Source: an uncultured virus (IMG/VR IMGVR_UViG_3300010998_000493) (taxonomy: Duplodnaviria > Heunggongvirae > Uroviricota > Caudoviricetes). From it: a DNA stretch of 64,000 nt. Position 1 is the stretch's first letter. Each line of letters starts with the position of its first letter. This document shows, piece by piece, positions 58,731 through 64,000 of the stretch. Location: the IMG/VR virus record IMGVR_UViG_3300010998_000493, one strand, 5' to 3'. Under the pieces are notes generated by a model that saw nothing but the letters and a program-made list of their open reading frames with translations, was not told the DNA's origin and did no database searches. The position numbers and the translations under genes are program-made.

Positions 58731-59816
58731 ATGGCAACAAGAAATTTATACATCCCTGAAAGTGTTTCTCATCCAGGCACTACATTGGAAGAGAAACTGC
58801 AAGAAATGGGTATGTCTGTCAAGGAGTTCGCAGTGCGTTCGTCCAAACCAGAAAAAACTGTTATTGCCATTATTAAAGGCGACAGTTCTATTACCCCTGA
58901 AATGGCTGTGGCTTTTGAAAGTATCACCAAAATCCCTGCTAATTTTTGGATGAATAGGCAGCGCATTTATGATGAGTGCGTTGCTCGTTCTAAGCGTCAG
59001 GCACAAATTATTTCTTTCGCTGATTGGGCAAAGAAGTTCCCTTATGCAGATATGGTAAACCAAGGTTGGATAGAGAAAAAGACCAAACAAGTAGAAAAAA
59101 CTGCTGTCATTCTTGATTTCTTTGGAATCAGTTCCCCCAATGCTTGGGAGAACTATTATATGAATCAGCAACTGAAGGTTGCATTCCGAATCTCGCTTGC
59201 CACGACAAAGGAACCATACGCCATCTCCGCATGGTTGAGAAAAGGAGAACTCCAGGCATCGGAAATTCTTGTAAAGGAAATTTATTCAGACACTCTGTTG
59301 AAGAGCAAGCTGCCTCTGATGAAAGACCTCATGCGGAAAAATTCAAGTGACTTTGCAAAACAACTACAGGTGTTATGTGCTGAGTGTGGCGTAAAGCTCA
59401 TTTATACACCATGCCTGAAAAAGGCACCTATCAGTGGCTCTACAAGATGGATAAACAATATCCCTTGCATACAGTTGTCTGGTAGAAGCAAAAGATATGA
59501 CACTTTTTGGTTCTCGTTCTTTCATGAGATAGGACATATCCTGTTACATGGGAAGAAAGAAATTTTTCTTGAGGACATCGAATATGACGATGCTCAGAAA
59601 GCCAAAGAGAAGCAGGCCGATAAATTCTCGTCTGATATATTGTTATCTGAAAAAGAAGAAAAAGCAATACTCGAAGGAAACGATTTTTCTCAACGCAAAT
59701 TGAAATATTATGCAGACATGTTTAATACCCATCCTGCCATTATCGTTGGAAGGCTACAGCATTTGGGCATTCTTCCATTTGCTAAGCATGTGGAAAGTCT
59801 TGAGCTCTTCGGTTAA
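58731..59816 (+). CDS. higA: HigA antitoxin HTH fused to ImmA/IrrE (M78) metallopeptidase
   Basis: HPGTTLEE..ITPEMA..FWMNRQ; FFHEIGH HExxH..EKQAD. Confidence 0.88.
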   Translation: MATRNLYIPESVSHPGTTLEEKLQEMGMSVKEFAVRSSKPEKTVIAIIKGDSSITPEMAVAFESITKIPANFWMNRQRIYDECVARSKRQAQIISFADWAKKFPYADMVNQGWIEKKTKQVEKTAVILDFFGISSPNAWENYYMNQQLKVAFRISLATTKEPYAISAWLRKGELQASEILVKEIYSDTLLKSKLPLMKDLMRKNSSDFAKQLQVLCAECGVKLIYTPCLKKAPISGSTRWINNIPCIQLSGRSKRYDTFWFSFFHEIGHILLHGKKEIFLEDIEYDDAQKAKEKQADKFSSDILLSEKEEKAILEGNDFSQRKLKYYADMFNTHPAIIVGRLQHLGILPFAKHVESLELFG

Positions 59817-59985
59817 TACAGAAATAAGTTTTGGGAAAAGGTCGGAAACTGTATTGTTTACCTGCCTTTTTCCATTTTGCTGTAACAGCAATTCCCAATA
59901 GACAGTTCTCCTTGACACCCAATCACTTCATTTTTGAATATGCAATGACGAAGTGAGCTAAAGATTATAGCCTGCTGGTTACCTA

Positions 59986-60124
59986 TTTTGCGTAAACAAT
60001 GCGTAAACATTTTATTTCAGTTAGGGGTATTTTTATAAGATTCTGTGAAAATCACAAATGTGTAAGTTTTTGAAAATCAATATAGTTACATGTCATAGAG
60101 TATCATAAAAATCGTTATTTGCGG
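59986..60124 (+). other. att-proximal region with integrase arm-type-like repeats
   Basis: GCGTAAACA twice (59990, 60001); similar to 21474-21520 joined to 58246-58303. Confidence 0.6.
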
Positions 60125-60168
60125 CTCATAATCTGGAGGTCCCAGGTTCAAGCCCTGGCTGGTCCACA
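60125..60168 (+). pseudogene. 3' half of tRNA(CAT) (Met/Ile2), att site
   Basis: CTCATAA anticodon loop, CCAGG-TTCAAGC-CCTGG T-arm, acceptor 3' strand; no D-arm or 5' strand upstream. Confidence 0.85.
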
Positions 60169-60177
60169 CTAATAATC

Positions 60178-60209
60178 AAGCACTTACAAAGATTTTGTAG
60201 GTGCTTTTT
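60178..60209 (+). terminator. Intrinsic terminator after the tRNA fragment
   Basis: AAGCACTTACAAA-GAT-TTTGTAGGTGCTT followed by T-run. Confidence 0.8.
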
Positions 60210-60549
60210 CTTTTGTCGGTGACCTTTAAGTGACCTTTTTGAAGCAAAAGTGACCCTTCGTAACCCTCTGAAACGTAGAGAGATTTTTTGTGAGTTCAAG
60301 AAATGTTTTTGCAAAGATTACAGCGAAAACAAGGAGTATTATTTCAAAGTGGCAAGCAGGAAAAGTAAACCAGATACCGAATTTAGGTATGTGGTTTGGA
60401 GTTGCCCCCGCTAATCAGCAAAAAAGCCATATTTGGTGGATATATGAACAGCAAAAACACATAAAAAAGAGGTGCTTGCCCATGATTTTAAAAGAGAGCG
60501 GTAGAAATTGAAAGTTTTTCATTACTTTTGTATGTTAGACATATAACGT

Positions 60550-60781
60550 ATGGGAGAGATTAACCGGATAAATCTGGTCTTGTTCGAGAAGAAACGTACT
60601 AACAAGTGGCTTGCAGAACAGATGGGGGGTCAATCCGACCACCGTGTCGAAGTGGTGCACCAACTCTTCGCAACCCGACCTCGCCACAATTCTTAAAATA
60701 GCAGATTTGCTGGAGGTCGATATACGAGAATTGTTTGTGAGGGAATATAAACAATACCTTCTGTCAAAGATACAGAATTAA
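60550..60781 (+). pseudogene. XRE HTH regulator frameshifted in a G6 run
   Basis: MGEINRINLVLFEKKRTNKWLAEQMG continues as VNPTTVSKWCTNSSQPDL with one G fewer; paralog of 11-214. Confidence 0.85.
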
Positions 60782-60791
60782 AATAAGGACT

Positions 60792-61652
60792 ATGGACATA
60801 CAGAAAATACACCAGTATAAGTCGGCTTTCGACCAGATAGCCAAGGAGGTAAAGGACGATGATGGCAACAGCATCGTGGTATGGTATGCCCGAGAGCTTC
60901 AGCAGCAGTTAGGCTATGCTCGTTGGGAAAACTTTGTGGTTGCGATAGGACGAGCAATCGACTCGTGTAAGACATTGGGAGTCAACGTTGATGACCATTT
61001 TCGTGAGGTCACGAAAATGGTCGGGTTGGGAAGTGGCTCACAACGCCCGATTCCCGACTTCATGCTCACCCGATATGCTTGTTATCTCATTGCACAGAAT
61101 GGTGACCCCAAGAAAGAGGAGGTGGCTTTCGCCCAAGGCTATTTTGCAGTTCAGACTCGCAAGGCCGAGCTTATTGAGGAGCGGTTGAATGAGATAGCCC
61201 GCCTTAGCACACGTGACCGTCTCCGCGCTTCCGAAAAACAACTGAGTCGGAACATTTTCCAACGAGGTGTTGACGAAAAAGGTTTTGGACGTATTCGTTC
61301 CAAGGGTGACCAAGCGCTATTCGGAGGATTAACTACTGAACAGATGAAGAGACGTTTGGGCATCAAGAGCGGAGCCTTAGCTGACCGACTGCCGACGCTG
61401 ACTATTGCTGCCAAAAACTTGGCAACAGAGATGACCAACTACAATGTTGAGCAGAAAGACCTTCAAGGCGAGAGAAGCATTACTGCCGAGCACGTGCAAA
61501 ACAACCGAAGTGTTCGCGGTATGCTTGGCCAGCGAGGCATCAAGCCCGAGCAATTGCCAGCTGCGGAGGACATCAAGAAAGTGGAGCGGCGTGTGGCCAA
61601 AGACGAGAAGGAAATGCAGAAAGCGACACAGAAGTTGCCTAAGCAGAAATAA
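60792..61652 (+). CDS. dinD: DinD-like DNA damage-inducible protein (Bro-N-like)
   Basis: WYARELQ..LGY..WENF, LTRYACYLIAQNGDP.K..VAFAQ.YFAVQTR. Confidence 0.88.
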   Translation: MDIQKIHQYKSAFDQIAKEVKDDDGNSIVVWYARELQQQLGYARWENFVVAIGRAIDSCKTLGVNVDDHFREVTKMVGLGSGSQRPIPDFMLTRYACYLIAQNGDPKKEEVAFAQGYFAVQTRKAELIEERLNEIARLSTRDRLRASEKQLSRNIFQRGVDEKGFGRIRSKGDQALFGGLTTEQMKRRLGIKSGALADRLPTLTIAAKNLATEMTNYNVEQKDLQGERSITAEHVQNNRSVRGMLGQRGIKPEQLPAAEDIKKVERRVAKDEKEMQKATQKLPKQK

Positions 61653-61657
61653 GCACC

Positions 61658-62500
61658 ATGACCAGACAAGGATTCATAGATTTTAATACACGACTGTCGC
61701 CTGAAAACTCCGGGAAAGCTCCTAGCTATGCTATGGCTATCAAGATTCTGGACAAGGTGCTTCAGTATCAGAGTGTGATAGACCTGCATGGACAATCACT
61801 CTACAACGTTCGGGACACTGAGACCATTGAGGCTGTGCTGCAACTGGTGGGCAACGAGGTGAAAAAGATGAGACGGAATGAACCCAATATTTTTGACTAC
61901 GGCAAGCCAAACCAACGGAGCTATCCGCTGAAGAATTTCTGCTCGTCTGCTCTTAGAAGCCTAAAGCAATATGCTCAATACGAGCAGGAAGTGGTGGTAG
62001 CAGATGGTATTGTGGCTCAGGAACGGAATCCGCGAACCATCTCTACGAAGCTCATTGCACATTTTGATATTACAAAAGAGGGCGAAGACAAAATTTCACT
62101 TACCAAGCAGCGAAAAGGCCAAGACTTTTTCCGGCGGATGATTCTTGCTAATTATGGAGGCCGTTGCGCCCTTACTGGTATTGACATTCCTCAACTGCTG
62201 CTTGCCAGCCACATTATACCATGGGCCGACAAATCTCATAAGAAGGACCGGCTAAATCCCTGCAACGGCATCTGCCTCTCTGCCCTGTATGACAAGGCCT
62301 TTGACCAAGGCCTCATCACCATCTCGCCCGATGACTACTGCGTTGTCCTATCCTCCGCCCTGCGAGAGAACGAGACAAAGGAGTACTACGACAAACACTT
62401 CGATTGCATCAAAGGTCAGAAGCTAACGATGCCCACAGACCATCTACCCAACCGAGATTTTTTGGCATATCATAAAGATAAAGTATTCCTTGGGGAATAA
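61658..62500 (+). CDS. HNH endonuclease (putative restriction endonuclease)
   Basis: GQDFFR..YGGRCALTG..ASHIIPW..NGICLS..DKAFDQG. Confidence 0.88.
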   Translation: MTRQGFIDFNTRLSPENSGKAPSYAMAIKILDKVLQYQSVIDLHGQSLYNVRDTETIEAVLQLVGNEVKKMRRNEPNIFDYGKPNQRSYPLKNFCSSALRSLKQYAQYEQEVVVADGIVAQERNPRTISTKLIAHFDITKEGEDKISLTKQRKGQDFFRRMILANYGGRCALTGIDIPQLLLASHIIPWADKSHKKDRLNPCNGICLSALYDKAFDQGLITISPDDYCVVLSSALRENETKEYYDKHFDCIKGQKLTMPTDHLPNRDFLAYHKDKVFLGE

Positions 62501-62510
62501 ACATATTAAA

Positions 62511-63869
62511 ATGAAACAACATACTGTTGACAAATTATCAAAAGACGAGATATTCGGTGGAAAAGTTATTGCCTCTTACAGGCAATGGCTGAAGAAACAC
62601 CATCAAGAAACAAAAGGTTACGATTACAGAGCAGATATGGCTGTTATTACACACTATCTGCAAAACATAGATTATCCAGAAGGCAATTTATATCGCAATG
62701 AGGCACTTCCCTTATTGGAAAAATACTATCGTGCAGCACATCCTGATTTCTATGAGAATGATGAACCGAGCTTTGAACAAATTAAAGAACTCTTTTCCGA
62801 AATCTATGCAGCGCCTGTTCATACGCGACATCGTGGTAACAATGCCTTTACTTTCGTTGATTTGTTTGCCGGCATTGGAGGATTTCGCATCGCTCTTGAA
62901 CAATTAGGCGGTCGATGCGTATATGCTTCTGAATTTGATTCCAGCGCTCAAAGAAGCTACGGCTTTAATCATGGTGTTATGCCATTCGGAGATATAACAA
63001 AGCAGAAAAATAAGGACCGAATACCTGAAAACGTAGATGTGTTATGCGCCGGATTCCCATGCCAACCATTCTCTTTAGCAGGATTGCGAAAAGGTTTTTC
63101 TGACGAAAAGAAAGGAACCTTGTTTTATGACCTTCGAGATATTATAGCTGCAAAGCGGCCTCGCATTATTCTTTTGGAAAACGTTCAAGGCCTACTCTCA
63201 ATACACAATAAAGATGAAGAAGGAAACAGTTTGCCTGAAAAAACGATTGAGACTATCCTGAGCATTCTTAGAGAAGAACTTCACTATTATATACCCGAAC
63301 CAAAAGTACTGAATGCTAAAGATTTTGGCGTTCCACAAAACAGAAATAGGGTTTTCATAGTTGGATTTCGAGACCGTCCACAAGAAGATTATCGCTATCC
63401 AACGGGTGAAGGAATTCCAGATGTACATTTTGGAGCAATACGAGAAAACGGAATTGTGGACACCAGATACTATATGTCCAATAGATACTGGCAAACCTTA
63501 CTAAGACATAAGACTGCACAGCGTAAGCAGGGAAGGGGATACGGTTATCGAATTATCAATGATGATGATTTCGGTCATACGTTGATGGTTGGAGGTATGG
63601 GATTAGAGCGAAATTTGGTTGTTGACGAGGCTAATTCTGAAGTGAATAATGTGATTGATCCTCGCGGCGAACTAAATCATGATCATATACGTGTATTGAC
63701 TGAAAGAGAATGTGCCCGAATGCAAGGTTTCCCAGACTATTTTGAGATTCTTTACGGAAAGACCCCGGCTTATAAGCAATTTGGAAATTCAGTTGCAATT
63801 CCTGTGGTAAGAGAAGTTGCCGCCTCTTTGCTCGCACTTGCCAATATTGATTATTTCCTTGTAGAATAG
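62511..63869 (+). CDS. DNA (cytosine-5)-methyltransferase
   Basis: FAGIGG, GFPCQ, ENV, QNRNR, QFGNSV motifs. Confidence 0.96.
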   Translation: MKQHTVDKLSKDEIFGGKVIASYRQWLKKHHQETKGYDYRADMAVITHYLQNIDYPEGNLYRNEALPLLEKYYRAAHPDFYENDEPSFEQIKELFSEIYAAPVHTRHRGNNAFTFVDLFAGIGGFRIALEQLGGRCVYASEFDSSAQRSYGFNHGVMPFGDITKQKNKDRIPENVDVLCAGFPCQPFSLAGLRKGFSDEKKGTLFYDLRDIIAAKRPRIILLENVQGLLSIHNKDEEGNSLPEKTIETILSILREELHYYIPEPKVLNAKDFGVPQNRNRVFIVGFRDRPQEDYRYPTGEGIPDVHFGAIRENGIVDTRYYMSNRYWQTLLRHKTAQRKQGRGYGYRIINDDDFGHTLMVGGMGLERNLVVDEANSEVNNVIDPRGELNHDHIRVLTERECARMQGFPDYFEILYGKTPAYKQFGNSVAIPVVREVAASLLALANIDYFLVE

Positions 63870-64000
63870 ATGACGGATATTTACTATATTCGCGAAATAT
63901 AGTATTAGAATTGTGCTATATTTTTGGAATATTTGCAAAATAATTTCAATAAATGTTGTAATATCAAATAATATTTGTATCTTTGGCGCAAAATATCTAA

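Larger units (their letters stand above)
1..60168. mobile_element. Integrative (mobilizable) genomic island ending at a displaced tRNA(CAT) 3' fragment; left end lies outside the window; the prophage is nested inside it
   Basis: Tyrosine integrase, excisionase, relaxase, MobC and defence-type cargo; tRNA 3' half at 60125-60168 preceded by GCGTAAACA repeats; no housekeeping genes. May be a composite of more than one element. Confidence 0.6.

Noticed and set aside
60090..60170. Intact tRNA-Met gene
   Set aside because: Sequence upstream of the anticodon loop cannot form the D-arm or the 5' acceptor strand
1687..63837. Numerous antisense or overlapping ORFs in the track (e.g. 2591-3334, 26474-27235, 29639-30286, 51381-52127)
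   Set aside because: They shadow well-supported genes in another frame or strand and show no recognisable motifs

Overview
Entirely accessory DNA from a Bacteroidales (Prevotella-like) genome; the host call rests on TTTG-N19-21-TAnnTTTG promoters and the gene families present. Positions 1-21.5 kb are an integrative/mobilizable island. It carries DUF3791/DUF3990 modules, an HNH nuclease, a methyltransferase-HIT fusion, an AT-rich kinase-TPR pair, a relaxase/MobC/helicase/excisionase/tyrosine integrase core, a promoter-driven ~500 nt highly nested ncRNA candidate, and hypothetical and metallophosphoesterase genes. A complete ~36.7 kb Mu-like contractile-tailed prophage (about 21521-58240) is inserted into an att-like sequence of the island, with three transposase-binding sites at each end and a short target duplication. 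A HigBA-like module, a displaced tRNA(CAT) 3' half (att site) and the start of a second island (XRE pseudogene, DinD-like, HNH, C5 methyltransferase) follow. Five observations stand out. (1) The MuF head gene has no suitable start codon and appears to be fused to the portal by a -1 programmed frameshift (T TTT TTC plus hairpin). (2) That MuF ends in a CdiA-like nuclease domain and faces a ~70 nt promoter-to-terminator small RNA. (3) A thymidylate-synthase homolog with the dCMP-type Asp sits where Mu keeps mom. (4) There is a large ornate ncRNA candidate at 13.7-14.2 kb. (5) A giant CotH-like/LRR tail protein is split by a 16-bp duplication. All family assignments come from motif recognition by eye, not from database searches.
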